64,000 bases of DNA, from positions 11,933 to 75,932 of the forward strand of contig MNIR01000051.1 of the NCBI GenBank assembly GCA_001919865.1. Reading direction: 5' to 3'. Both the position numbers and the translations under genes were made by a program. The stretch's first letter is position 1; every line of letters begins with the position of its first letter. This document shows positions 9,171 to 18,750 of this stretch, piece by piece. Source of the DNA: Gemmatimonadetes bacterium 13_1_20CM_4_69_16 (GTDB taxonomy: Bacteria; Gemmatimonadota; Gemmatimonadetes; Gemmatimonadales; GWC2-71-9). The notes under the pieces are model-generated. The model searched no databases. It worked only from the letters and a program-made list of their open reading frames with translations, and had not been told where the DNA came from.

Positions 9171-10735
9171 TGCAGACGCTGCAGCTCGTGGTGGCGGCCG
9201 TTTTGGGAATCCAGCAACCGGCAATCCCCCCCCCTCCGCACCGCGACGTGCTCCCCAGCGTCGCGCTCGACGGACTACAAGCCCTGCAGGGATTCGCGGG
9301 ACTTGAGGGACTCGAGGGACTCGAGGGACTCGCGGGGCTCGCGGGACTCGAAGGACTCGAGGGGCTGCAAGGGCTCGAGGGGCTGCAGGGGCTTGAGGGT
9401 TTCGAAGGACTGGCTGGATTCGAGGGGCTGCAAGCGTTCGACGCTTTCGATGCGTTCGACGGCGCGTCACCATCTCTCTTGCGGGACGCGCAAGACCCGA
9501 CCGACTCGTTGTGGCGGGCGGCGCGCCAGGCGTTCAATCGCGGCGACTACGCGAGCGCCGCGAACCTGTACGGCGATCTCACGCGCCGCTACCCCAACAC
9601 GACTCGGGCGGGGGACGCCCTCTACTGGGCGGCGTTCGCGCTGTACAAGAACGACGATCTCGCCCGCGCCCGCAGCCTGCTCGTCACCCAGGAGCGCCGC
9701 TACGCCAAGGCGGCGACGCTGCGCGACGGCGCCGCGCTGCTGGCGCGCATCCAGGCGGCACTCGCCAAGCAGGGCGACGAGCAGGCCGGCCGCTGGATCA
9801 GCCAGCACGCCCAGCCCGGCCCCGATGCCGACACCGCGCACACCAAGGGCTGTCTGAGCGAGGACGAGGATGACGACATGCGTGTCGCCGCGCTCAATGG
9901 CTTGCTGCAGATGGACGCGGTCAACGCGGTGCCGATCCTGCGTAAGGTGCTGGCCCGCCGCGACGCCTGCGCCACCGTGCTGCGCCGCAAGGCGGTGTTT
10001 CTCGTGTCGCAGAAGCGGACCGCCGAAACCGAAGACATCCTGCTCGACGCCGCCCAGCACGACCCCGACTCGGAGGTGCGCCAGCAGGCGGTGTTCTGGC
10101 TGTCGCAGGTGCCCACCGAGCGGGCCGTGGGGATGCTCGACTCGATCCTCAAGACCGCGACCGACCAGGAGCTCCAGGAGAAGGCGATCTTTGCTCTCTC
10201 GCAGCAGCACAGCCCGCGCGCGGGGCAGATCCTCCGCGCGTACGCCGAGCGCTCCGACGCCCCGTCCGAAACCCGGGAGAAAGCGATCTTCTGGCTGGGG
10301 CAGCACCACTCGGCCGAAAACGCCGCCTTCCTGCGCGGCCTGTACGCGAAGGTCAGCGACGACAATCTGAAGGACAAAGTGATCTTCTCCCTCTCGCAGA
10401 TGGGCGGGACGGAAAACATGCGCTGGATGATGGATATCGCGGTGAACGACCGTGAGCCGGTCGAGCAACGCAAGAAGGCGCTGTTCTGGGCGGGCCAGAG
10501 CGGGGCCGACCTGGGCGAGCTGGCGGGGCTGTACGACCGGATGCAGAACCGGGAGATGAAAGAGCAGCTGATCTTCGTGTACTCGCAGCGCCACGAGTCG
10601 GCGGCGCTGGACGCGCTGATCAAGATCGCCAAGACGGAGCAGGACCGCGAGCTCCGCAAGAAGGCGATCTTCTGGCTCGGCCAGTCGCACGACCCGCGAG
10701 CCGCCCAGGTGCTGCTGGAGATCATCAACCAGTGA
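9167..10735 (+). CDS. HEAT-repeat protein with an N-terminal (Gly/Ala)-(Leu/Phe)-X tripeptide repeat and a TPR-like segment
   Basis: GTGA overlap with the anti-sigma gene. At least six HEAT-like units, each ending in an A(I/V)FWL(G/S)Q-type motif (QAVFWLSQ, KAIFALSQ, KAIFWLGQ x2, KVIFSLSQ, KALFWAGQ, QLIFVYSQ). Confidence 0.7.
   Translation: MMQTLQLVVAAVLGIQQPAIPPPPHRDVLPSVALDGLQALQGFAGLEGLEGLEGLAGLAGLEGLEGLQGLEGLQGLEGFEGLAGFEGLQAFDAFDAFDGASPSLLRDAQDPTDSLWRAARQAFNRGDYASAANLYGDLTRRYPNTTRAGDALYWAAFALYKNDDLARARSLLVTQERRYAKAATLRDGAALLARIQAALAKQGDEQAGRWISQHAQPGPDADTAHTKGCLSEDEDDDMRVAALNGLLQMDAVNAVPILRKVLARRDACATVLRRKAVFLVSQKRTAETEDILLDAAQHDPDSEVRQQAVFWLSQVPTERAVGMLDSILKTATDQELQEKAIFALSQQHSPRAGQILRAYAERSDAPSETREKAIFWLGQHHSAENAAFLRGLYAKVSDDNLKDKVIFSLSQMGGTENMRWMMDIAVNDREPVEQRKKALFWAGQSGADLGELAGLYDRMQNREMKEQLIFVYSQRHESAALDALIKIAKTEQDRELRKKAIFWLGQSHDPRAAQVLLEIINQ
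9272..9460 (+). repeat. In-frame 9-bp tandem repeat array encoding 21 tripeptide units
   Basis: GLQ ALQ GFA GLE GLE GLE GLA GLA GLE GLE GLQ GLE GLQ GLE GFE GLA GFE GLQ AFD AFD AFD. At DNA level this is an imperfect GGNCTCGAG-type 9-mer repeat. Confidence 0.9.
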
Positions 10736-11399
10736 TCGCGCCCCTGGTCCTCGCGCTCGGTCTCGCTCTGCAGGGCAGCCTCGCCGACCGCGTGGCGGCC
10801 GCGCCCGACGGCGAGGTACGATTCTCCTACGCCACTCGGCCCGGCGTGTGCGGCAACGGCCGTAACGTCATCTCGTTCGAGTGCGAGGACGGCCGCTGCG
10901 GCAGGCATCGCATGTCGTTCGGCAGCTACGACGACGACGACGCGGGCTGCCCCTGCGAGTTTCCGCTGCCGCCGCCGCCCGCTACCTCCTTGAGCTCGCT
11001 ACGCGTTCGGGGGACGACGCCGGGCACGACGCCGTGTTCCCCGCCGTCCTGGTGGACAGCGTCACCGTCTGGCCCGACCTGCTGCGCCTCGCACGCACGC
11101 CTGCGCTGCCGCGCGAGACGCGGCGCTCGGCGGTCTTCTGGCTCGGCCAGGCGGCCGGCGAGGCCGCCACGCGCGGGCTCACTGAGTTGGTGGACGACGC
11201 CGCCGTCGGGCTCGACGTGAAGGAGAGCGCCGTGTTCGCGTTGTCTCAGCGGCCGCGGGACGAGGGCGTGCCGGCCCTGATCCGCATCGCGCGCACCCAC
11301 CCCAGTCCGGGGGTTCGCAAGAAGGCCCTCTTCTGGCTGGGACAGTCCGAGGACCCCCGCGCGCTGGCGCTGTTCGAGGAGCTGCTGACCAAGCCCTGA
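10732..11399 (+). pseudogene. Second HEAT-repeat protein, apparent frameshift near 10960-10985
   Basis: The frame from GTG 10732 gives a plausible N-terminus (signal-like MIAPLVLALGLALQG...VCGNGRNVISFECEDGRCG...DDDDAGCPCEF) and then Pro/Ser/Arg-rich text. The frame of ORF 10881..11399 becomes protein-like from AAAAARYLLELATRSG and carries HEAT motifs (SAVFWLGQ, SAVFALSQ, KALFWLGQ). The switch lies at a (GCC)4 tract. Confidence 0.45.
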
Positions 11400-11481
11400 C
11401 ACGCTCCTGACCCGTCGCCTGCTGGCGACGCTTCAGGGACGTGGCGCATCATTTGGGCGTTGCCTCCCGCGAGGGCCGTCG

Positions 11482-14148
11482 ATGTCGCTCGCCATCCTCC
11501 CCGCGCTGCTCCTCCAGGTCGGCTCGGGAGACTCGACCGCGCTGCGCCATTCCAACGGGCTGGTGCCGCCCGTGGTGACGGCGGTCCGCATCGACCGCCC
11601 GCCGACGATCGACGGTCGCCTCGATGACCCGGTGTGGGCCCTCGCCCCGCCGGTCACGCTGTTCCTCCAGACCGACCCCGAAGAGGGGAAGCCGGTGTCC
11701 GAAGCGACCGAAGTGCGCGTGCTGTACGATGCGGAGGCGATCTACGTCGGGGCGCGGCTGTTCGACCGCGAGCCGCGACGCATCATTCGCCGGCTGGGCC
11801 GCCGCGACGCGCAGCCGCCGAGCGACGACTTCCGCGTGCTGTTCGACAGCTATCACGATCATCGCACTGCGTTCCGCTTCACGTTGAATCCCGCCGGCGT
11901 GAAGGGCGACGTCCTGTTCGGCGGCGACGGCGACTTCGCCGACGACTCCTGGGACCCCGTTTGGGCGGGAGCGGCGACGGTGGACTCGCTCGGCTGGACG
12001 GCGGAGCTGCGGATCCCCTTCTCGCAGCTACGGTTTTCAGCCGCGCGCGTCCAGGTATGGGGCGTGCGATTCGTGCGCTGGATCCAGCGCAAGAACGAGT
12101 TCGCGTTGTTTCCGTTCGTCGGCAAGACCGAGAGCGGCTTTGTGTCCCGCTTCGCCCATCTGGTAGGCCTCCATGACATCCCCCAGCCGCGGCGGCTCGA
12201 GCTGCTGCCCTATACCGTCGCGCGCGGCACGTACGACGATCCGGTGGTGCCCGGCAATCCGTTCGACCCCGGCAGCCGCTACTTCGGCGGCGCCGGCCTC
12301 GACGTGAAGTACGGCGTCACTTCGAACCTCACGATCGATGCGGCGTTCAATCCGGACTTCGGCCAGGTAGAGATCGACCCCGCCTTCGTGAACCTCACGG
12401 CGTTCGAGCAGTTCTTGCCGGAACATCGGCCGTTCTTCATCGAGGGGGCCGACATTTTCGGCTTCGGCGGGAACGGTGGCGGCTTCTCGAGCTTCGGGGG
12501 TACGCCGCAGTTCTTCTACTCGCGGCGCATCGGCCGGCCCCCGCACGGCGACGCGACCTCGCCCGGTCAGTTCGTGCAGATGCCCGACAACACGACGATC
12601 CTCGGGGCGGCGAAGCTCTCCGGCAAAGCGAGCGGCTGGTCCGTCGGCGTGCTCGACGCGCTCACCGCCCGGGAGTACGCGAGGGTGGTGGACACCGTTG
12701 CTGGCGCGCGCTATGCGGACGAAGTCGAGCCAGTCACCAACCACTTCGTCGGTCGGGTGAAGCGGGATTACGACGGCGGGAACACGACGCTCGGCCTGCT
12801 CGGGACCGCGGTCCACCGCGACCTCCGCACGCCGTCGCTCGACTTCCTGCGGCGCGCGGCCTACGCGGGCGGTGTGGATGTGTTCCATCGGTGGGCCAAG
12901 AGCACGTACACCATCGCGGCGAACCTCGGCTTTTCTCATATCGGCGGCGACACGGTCGCGATCCAGCAGGCGCAGCAGGCATCCAACCGCTACTTCCAGC
13001 GACCGGATGCCGAGCACTTCCACTACGACCCGACCCGGACCTCGCTGTTCGGGATCACCGGCGAGGTCTACCTCAACAAGGTCGCCGGCAACTGGCTGTG
13101 GGGTCTCGCCGGTAGCACCACGACGCCGGGGTTCGAAGTGAACGACCTCGGCTTCCAGCGGCGCGTGGACCGTATCTCCGGCTCGGCCACAGGAGGTTAC
13201 CACTGGACGAAGCCCGGCAAGGTACTGCGTGAGGCGAGCGCGTTCCTCTTTCTCGGGCCCAGTTGGAACTACGACTGGAACAACATCCAGAACGCCATCG
13301 GCGCCTTCAGCTTCGGGACGTTCCGAAACTTCTGGTCGTACAACGCCAGTGCGACGTTCACCGCCCGCGCGCTGGACGACCGACTGACGCGCGGCGGACC
13401 GCTCGCCGCGGCCCCGGCTGGCTGGAATGCATCCGCCGGGGTGGGAACGGACAACCGCCGGCCGGTGAGTCTCAACGCCGTCGCATCCTACTCGATCAAC
13501 GACGCGAGTGGCTGGAGGCTCTTCGCCTCACCCGGCGTGGACTGGCGGCCCAGCGGCGCGGTCTCGCTCAGCCTCGGACCGAACTACACCGTGGGTCGGG
13601 ACGCGGCGCAGTACGTCGTGGCCGTGACCGACCCCAACGCCTCAGCCACCCTCGGCGCGCGTTACGTGTTCGCGCAGTTCGTGCAGCACAGCCTGGACGT
13701 AACCCTCCGAATGAACCTCACGTTTTCCCAGACGCTCTCGTTCCAGCTGTACGCCCAGCCCTTCATGTTCGCGGGCGACTACCGCGACTTCGCCGAGCTG
13801 CGCGCGCCCCGCACCTTCCAGTTCAACGTGTACGGGCGCGACCAGGGATCCACCATCAGGTACGACGCCGCCAGCCGCGTGTACACCGTTCATCCCGACG
13901 GCGCGTTCCCGAACGATTCGCTGCAGTTCGCCAACCCCGCCTTCCGCGATCGCTCGCTCCGCAGCAACGCGGTACTGCGCTGGGAGTACCGGCCCGGCTC
14001 CACATTGTTCGTGGTCTGGACGCAATCGCGCTTCGGAGAGCTCCCCGATCCCGCCTTCGACGCGGGCCACTTCTTGACGCACGAGGTGTTCCGCGACCGC
14101 CCCACGAACGTACTCCTCGTGAAGCTGAACTACTGGCTCAGCCGCTGA
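11482..14148 (+). CDS. Large outer-membrane-type protein, CBM9-like N-terminal domain plus DUF5916-like beta-rich domain
   Basis: 888 aa. The N-terminal segment (IDRPPTIDGRLDDPVW...EATEVRVLYDAEAIYVGARLFD...WTAELRIPFSQLRF) is typical of carbohydrate-binding family 9 / DUF5916 proteins. Confidence 0.6.
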   Translation: MSLAILPALLLQVGSGDSTALRHSNGLVPPVVTAVRIDRPPTIDGRLDDPVWALAPPVTLFLQTDPEEGKPVSEATEVRVLYDAEAIYVGARLFDREPRRIIRRLGRRDAQPPSDDFRVLFDSYHDHRTAFRFTLNPAGVKGDVLFGGDGDFADDSWDPVWAGAATVDSLGWTAELRIPFSQLRFSAARVQVWGVRFVRWIQRKNEFALFPFVGKTESGFVSRFAHLVGLHDIPQPRRLELLPYTVARGTYDDPVVPGNPFDPGSRYFGGAGLDVKYGVTSNLTIDAAFNPDFGQVEIDPAFVNLTAFEQFLPEHRPFFIEGADIFGFGGNGGGFSSFGGTPQFFYSRRIGRPPHGDATSPGQFVQMPDNTTILGAAKLSGKASGWSVGVLDALTAREYARVVDTVAGARYADEVEPVTNHFVGRVKRDYDGGNTTLGLLGTAVHRDLRTPSLDFLRRAAYAGGVDVFHRWAKSTYTIAANLGFSHIGGDTVAIQQAQQASNRYFQRPDAEHFHYDPTRTSLFGITGEVYLNKVAGNWLWGLAGSTTTPGFEVNDLGFQRRVDRISGSATGGYHWTKPGKVLREASAFLFLGPSWNYDWNNIQNAIGAFSFGTFRNFWSYNASATFTARALDDRLTRGGPLAAAPAGWNASAGVGTDNRRPVSLNAVASYSINDASGWRLFASPGVDWRPSGAVSLSLGPNYTVGRDAAQYVVAVTDPNASATLGARYVFAQFVQHSLDVTLRMNLTFSQTLSFQLYAQPFMFAGDYRDFAELRAPRTFQFNVYGRDQGSTIRYDAASRVYTVHPDGAFPNDSLQFANPAFRDRSLRSNAVLRWEYRPGSTLFVVWTQSRFGELPDPAFDAGHFLTHEVFRDRPTNVLLVKLNYWLSR

Positions 14149-14181
14149 CATCCCGTCTTCCGGCGCTTCTATATTTGCCGC

Positions 14182-14784
14182 ATGCCCTTTTGGACCGTGC
14201 GCCGCAGGCTCGCGGCAGCCGCCGTGCTGGCGATCGCCTTGGCCTTCGCGTGGGCCGCCGTCGTGGTGGCCGCCGCGCTCGCCGGGGCGCGCGACCAGGC
14301 CAGGAATGCCGACGCCATCGTGGTGCTCGGCGCGGCGCAATACAACGGGCGACCGTCACCCGTGTTCCGCGCCCGCCTGGACCACGCCGCGGCGCTGTAC
14401 CAGCGCGGGCTCGCTCCCGTGGTGCTGGTGACGGGTGGCGTGGGAGCGGGCGACACCTTGAGCGAATCGGAGGTGGGCCGCCGCTACCTGGCGAAGGCAG
14501 GACTCCCCGACGGCGCGGTGCTGGCGCTCCCCGCGGGAACGAGCACCTCCGCATCGCTCGCCGGCGTGGCGCGCTGGTTCAGCGGTCGGGACAGCCGTCG
14601 CGTGCTGCTCGTCTCCGACGGGTTCCACATGCTCCGGCTCCAGATCATCGCCACGCGGCTCGGGCTCGTCCCCTTCACGTCCCCGGCAGCGAACTCCCCG
14701 ATCCGCGCCAACCCGCGCCGCAACGCGGCGTTCTTCTTCGCGGAAGGGTTCAAAGTCCCGATCACCTGGCTCTTCAACCGCTGA
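14182..14784 (+). CDS. DUF218 (YdcF/ElyC/SanA-like) protein
   Basis: N-terminal TM helix, then DAIVVLGAAQYNGRPSPVFRARLDHAAALYQRGLAPVVLVTGG...SDGFHMLR, which is characteristic of DUF218. Confidence 0.7.
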   Translation: MPFWTVRRRLAAAAVLAIALAFAWAAVVVAAALAGARDQARNADAIVVLGAAQYNGRPSPVFRARLDHAAALYQRGLAPVVLVTGGVGAGDTLSESEVGRRYLAKAGLPDGAVLALPAGTSTSASLAGVARWFSGRDSRRVLLVSDGFHMLRLQIIATRLGLVPFTSPAANSPIRANPRRNAAFFFAEGFKVPITWLFNR

Positions 14785-14793
14785 GGACGCTCC

Positions 14794-15333
14794 GTGCAAC
14801 TCGCCACGCGCCGCGCTTACGCCGGCCGGGTCCTCCGGCTCGACGTCGACACCGTCCGCTTCCCCGACGGCTCCACCGGGGAGCTCGAGCTGATCCGGCA
14901 TCCGGGCGCGGCAGCCGTGGTCCCCTGCGCCTCGGATCCAGCGGGCCCGGACCCGAACATTCTGATGATCAAGCAATACCGATACGCCACCGGCGGCCCG
15001 TTGTGGGAGATCCCCGCGGGCACCCTCGACGCCGGGGAGGCGCCCGAGGCGTGCGCGCGGCGGGAGTTGCTCGAGGAGGCGGGCGTTACGGCCCGGCGGC
15101 TCGAGCGCCTCACCGCGATCTGGACGACGCCCGGGTTCACCGACGAGGTCATTCACCTCTACATGGCCAGTGGGCTCGGGCCGGGCACGGCCGCGCGCGA
15201 GCGCGACGAGTTCATCGAGGTCGTGCCGCGTGCGTTGTCCGAGATCTTGGCGGGAATTCGCGACGGCGAGATTCGTGACGCGAAGACGATTGTCGCTATC
15301 CTTTATATGGCGACCTTCCGATTGGCGCGCTGA
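14794..15333 (+). CDS. NUDIX hydrolase (ADP-ribose pyrophosphatase-like)
   Basis: Nudix box GTLDAGEAPEACARRELLEEAGV. GTG start. Confidence 0.8.
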   Translation: MQLATRRAYAGRVLRLDVDTVRFPDGSTGELELIRHPGAAAVVPCASDPAGPDPNILMIKQYRYATGGPLWEIPAGTLDAGEAPEACARRELLEEAGVTARRLERLTAIWTTPGFTDEVIHLYMASGLGPGTAARERDEFIEVVPRALSEILAGIRDGEIRDAKTIVAILYMATFRLAR

Positions 15334-15535
15334 CGCGGCGGAGACGTTGCGGTGTCACCTCAGGTGGACGATATTGCCGTGGGCGGCCGGCGTCCGTGCC
15401 GGAAGCGAAGGCCCTGCGAGGTTTCCACTTAGTGAAAGGTCAGACCGACCGGTATAGTTCGTGCCGTTTCTGAGGTAGGAGCGTAGTCTCGCGCGGTCCG
15501 GGGCCGTTTCCATCTGGAACAGCGGAGCCACCCAC

Positions 15536-16180
15536 ATGCGAGCAACCCTCAAGCGGAAGACGCCAGCCATCGTCACGGCGCGTGCGCAGCAGCGCGTAGC
15601 GCTGCACGAGCTCGAGGACGGCCGGCTGGTGCTCGGGCACCTGGCCGGGGACGCCCAGGCGTTCGGCGCTCTCGTGGACCGCTATCAGACCCGGTTGCTC
15701 AACTTCATCAATCGCACGATCGGCGATCGCGAGCGGGCTGAAGACCTCGTGCAGGAGGTGTTTATCCGCGTATTTCGCCACCTGCACCGGTTCGACCAGA
15801 CCAAGAAGTTCTCGACGTGGATCTATACGATCGCCTCGAACCTGGCCAAGAACGAGCTTCGCAACCGCAGCCGCAATCCGCTCGTGCTGTTCCAGACGAT
15901 CAAGAAGCACTGGGAGGCCGACCACCGCCCGCTGCAGTTCGAGGACACGACCGCCCGGCCGGATGACCTCTACCGCAAGCGGTATCTCAAGGAGGCCGTG
16001 GACCAGTGCGTGGGGCAGCTCCCCGTCCACCATCGGGCCGTGTTCGTGCTGCGCGAGCTCGAGGGGAAGAGCTACGCGGAGATCGCGGACATCACCGGCT
16101 GCAATCTGGGGACCGTCAAGAGCAGGCTCAACCGGGCCCGCAACAGCTTCGCCCAGCTCATCGAGCCGCTGCTCGAGTAG
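15536..16180 (+). CDS. ECF-type RNA polymerase sigma factor (second copy)
   Basis: Region 2 (RLLNFINRTIGDRERAEDLVQEVFIRVF...WIYTIASNLAKNELR) and region 4 (LPVHHRAVFVLRELEGKSYAEIADITGCNLGTVKSRLNRAR). Confidence 0.88.
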   Translation: MRATLKRKTPAIVTARAQQRVALHELEDGRLVLGHLAGDAQAFGALVDRYQTRLLNFINRTIGDRERAEDLVQEVFIRVFRHLHRFDQTKKFSTWIYTIASNLAKNELRNRSRNPLVLFQTIKKHWEADHRPLQFEDTTARPDDLYRKRYLKEAVDQCVGQLPVHHRAVFVLRELEGKSYAEIADITGCNLGTVKSRLNRARNSFAQLIEPLLE

Positions 16181-16223
16181 CCGCTGGAACCCGTCGCTAC
16201 CTGCACGGTACAACATAGCCGTC

Positions 16224-16712
16224 ATGACGTGCGCTGAATTCCTGGACCGTTATACGGATTTCCGCGATGGGCTGATCACGGCTCCACGCGAGGTGAGGCG
16301 TTTCCAGCGCCACTTGGCGTGGTGCCCCGCGTGTCGCCGCTACGACACCACGGTGCGACGCAGCGTACTCGCGCTCCGAGCAGTCGAGACCATCGAGCCG
16401 TCACCAGACTTCCGGCGCCGGCTTGACGCGCGTCTGGCCCAGGAGCGCCGGGCGCTGGTGGCGGTCCCGGCCAGCGCCGGAATCGCGGCGGCTCTATTCG
16501 TCGCCGCCGCCTTGGCGCTGGTTGCCCTCGAAGGGGTGCGACGTCCCGAAGTGGCGCGAGCGCCGGTGCTGCCGCCAGCCCCCTTCCCAAAGCCGGTCGC
16601 GCACGCGGGCGTGCCGTTCGTCTCGTTCCAGGATCCGCGCGCCAGCGTGGTCACGGGTAATCCGAGCCCGTACGGCACCGCGCTGGTGGAGCCCGCCTCC
16701 GCCGGCCGTTAG
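16224..16712 (+). CDS. Anti-sigma factor with zf-HC2-type motif
   Basis: MTCAEFLDRYTDFRDG...FQRHLAWCPACRRY (H-x3-C-x2-C) followed by one TM helix. Lies directly downstream of the sigma gene. Confidence 0.7.
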   Translation: MTCAEFLDRYTDFRDGLITAPREVRRFQRHLAWCPACRRYDTTVRRSVLALRAVETIEPSPDFRRRLDARLAQERRALVAVPASAGIAAALFVAAALALVALEGVRRPEVARAPVLPPAPFPKPVAHAGVPFVSFQDPRASVVTGNPSPYGTALVEPASAGR

Positions 16713-16801
16713 GCGCCTTCCCAATCCGCTCACACTCGGGGCACGGCTCGCCGTGCCCCGACCTTTCTCCGGGCGCCAGGCCACGGTAACTTCCGGCCGG
16801 T

Positions 16802-17893
16802 ATGGGGGCTCTCACCTTCGATGCGCTGCTACGGAGCCTCAAGCAGGGGGGGGTGGGGGGCACGGCGGCGGCGCTCGGCGCGGTGTACTACCTCCACGGC
16901 GACGAGGACGTCCTCAAGGAGGAAGCCGTCCGGGCGCTCGTCGACCGCGCCCTCGACCCGGGCGCACGAGACTTCAATTTCGAGCAACGCCGGGCGGGTG
17001 ACCTCGACCCCGAAGCATTCCACAGCCTGGTGAACACCCCGCCGATGCTCGCCGCGGCCCGGGTCGTCGTGATTCGGGGAATCGAGGACCTGCGCAAGAC
17101 CTCCAGAGTCCGCCAAGACCTGATGCGCTACCTCGGGTCTCCCAGCCCGACGACGCTGCTCGTCCTAGTGCAGGGCGCGGGCGAGCCGCCCGACCCGGAG
17201 TTGGCGCGCATCGCCACGAGCATCGCCGTCGAGCCGCTCCCACCCGCCCGAGTACAACGCTGGGTCGCTCACCGGGCGGGTCAGCTCAAGCTCGATCTCG
17301 AACCGGACGCCGCAGACCTGCTGGTGCAGACGGTCGGGGGCGACCTCGGCGCTCTGGGTGGCGAGCTCGAGAAGCTCGCCGCCTTGACCGCAGGCCGTTC
17401 CGGCGAGGGAGGAGGTGCGGCTACGCGGGATGACGTCGCGGCCCTGGTCGGTGCGCGACCGGGCGAAACGCTGCAAGACTTGATCGACGCCGCACTCGAG
17501 CGGCGCGCCGCCGCGGCTGGCCGGCTCATCGAGCCGGTGCTCGAGCAGGCTGGGATGACCGGTGTGCGTATCCTCGCAGCGCTCGGCACGGCGCTCGTCG
17601 GCACAGCCCTCGCGCGTGCCGAGCTCGACCGCGGCACGTCGCCGGGCCGGCTGGCGTCCGTCCTGCTCGGTCACCTCCGCTCGGCGCGACCGTACGGCCT
17701 CGGGAGCTGGCAGCAGGCGGCCACGAGCTGGGCGCGCTGGGCTGAGCGGTGGGAGGCCGGCGCGCTCCGGCGGGCGCTGGAGCTTGCGCGTGATGCCGAC
17801 CAGGCGCTCAAGTCGAGCACGCTGACCGACGAGCAGGGGGTGCTGGTGCAGCTGGTGCTGTCGTGGGCGGTCCTGGACCGGGAGGCAGCGTGA
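16802..17893 (+). CDS. holA: DNA polymerase III delta subunit
   Basis: 363 aa with HolA-like layout (YYLHGDEDVLKEEAV...FNFEQR...PPMLAAARVVVIRG...GGDLGALGGELEKLA). Confidence 0.75.
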   Translation: MGALTFDALLRSLKQGGVGGTAAALGAVYYLHGDEDVLKEEAVRALVDRALDPGARDFNFEQRRAGDLDPEAFHSLVNTPPMLAAARVVVIRGIEDLRKTSRVRQDLMRYLGSPSPTTLLVLVQGAGEPPDPELARIATSIAVEPLPPARVQRWVAHRAGQLKLDLEPDAADLLVQTVGGDLGALGGELEKLAALTAGRSGEGGGAATRDDVAALVGARPGETLQDLIDAALERRAAAAGRLIEPVLEQAGMTGVRILAALGTALVGTALARAELDRGTSPGRLASVLLGHLRSARPYGLGSWQQAATSWARWAERWEAGALRRALELARDADQALKSSTLTDEQGVLVQLVLSWAVLDREAA

Positions 17894-18750
17894 CGGCGCT
17901 TCGGCGGTTGGACGGCTGGGCGGTTGGTGTGATGTTGGTCGGGCTCACCGTCTCCCCCTCCGGCCAACTGACCGCCCAGACTGACAGCGTCCGCGCGACC
18001 GCGCTGCGAGTAGCCCAGACCCGCCCAGACTCCGCCCGCGCGTTGGTCCGCCGCTTACTGGCGCGCCTCTCCCCCCAGGACTCGCTCTACCCCGGGGCGC
18101 TCTTCACCGCCGCGCGCATCGCGACCGACGCCGCAACCGCTGCCACCAATCTCCAGCGCGTCGTCGTCGAGTACGGGCGTTCGGTCTGGGCGGACTCGGC
18201 CCTGGTGCTGCTGACTCAGCTGTACTTCGCCCAAGGTGATCCGGCGGCCACCGTACAGGCGGCGGAGCGGCTGCGGCGCGACTACCCCGATTCTCCCCTC
18301 AAACCGCGCGCCGACTTCTGGGGGGCCCGAGCTTACTTCGACCTCAAGGACGACGCGCACGGGTGCGGTTTGATCCGAGAGGCGCTCGATGGCGCCGGCA
18401 ACGATGTCGAGTTCAAGAACCAGGTGAGCTTCTACGCGTCGCGCTGCCCGACCACCCCCTCCATCCCCCCTCCCACGGTCTCGGGCGCTGACAGTCAGTC
18501 CAAGACCGCCACTCCCACGGCCGGCGGCGTCTATTCCGTCCAGGTGCTCGCCGTCAAGGGCGCTGCGCAAGTGGACGACCTGCTCACGCGCCTCAAGGTG
18601 ATGGGGTTCGATGCTCGGGTCGTGCGCGATACAAGCGGGCTGTTCAAGGTCCGCGTGGGACACTACGCCACACGGGACGAGGCCCAGCAGGCGCAGCGGC
18701 GGATCAAGACGCGGCTCGGCGGGCAGCCGTTCGTCGTGGAGGAGCCGTGA
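17890..18750 (+). CDS. SPOR-domain protein with TPR-like N-terminal region
   Basis: GTGA overlap with holA. C-terminal SPOR-like segment (YSVQVLAVKGAAQVDDLLTRLKVMGFDARVV...FKVRVGHYATRDEAQQAQRRI). Confidence 0.7.
   Translation: MTALRRLDGWAVGVMLVGLTVSPSGQLTAQTDSVRATALRVAQTRPDSARALVRRLLARLSPQDSLYPGALFTAARIATDAATAATNLQRVVVEYGRSVWADSALVLLTQLYFAQGDPAATVQAAERLRRDYPDSPLKPRADFWGARAYFDLKDDAHGCGLIREALDGAGNDVEFKNQVSFYASRCPTTPSIPPPTVSGADSQSKTATPTAGGVYSVQVLAVKGAAQVDDLLTRLKVMGFDARVVRDTSGLFKVRVGHYATRDEAQQAQRRIKTRLGGQPFVVEEP

Noticed and set aside
9066-9537. Minus-strand ORFs encoding PRVPRVPRVPQVPRIP and SPSSPSSPASPASPSSP repeats
   Set aside because: They are the reverse-strand reading of the 9-bp tandem repeat. 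The plus-strand frame is continuous with the HEAT-repeat protein and is overlap-coupled to the anti-sigma gene.
11410-11440. 7-bp-stem hairpin CGTCGCC-TGCT-GGCGACG after the HEAT operon
   Set aside because: No U-tract follows and the stem is short, so I do not call it a terminator.
13263-15278. 671-aa plus-strand ORF spanning several genes
   Set aside because: The text is Arg/Pro/Gly-rich and low in complexity. It overlaps three well-supported genes (the DUF5916-like, DUF218 and NUDIX genes) in other frames. This is a typical open-frame artefact of high-GC DNA.
15400-15535. Small palindromes (TTTCCACTTAGTGAAA, TTCCATCTGGAA) and a TTAGTG-18 nt-TATAGT promoter-like element upstream of the second ECF sigma gene
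   Set aside because: The arms are short and imperfect and the spacing is non-optimal. They are plausible but not distinguishable from chance by inspection.
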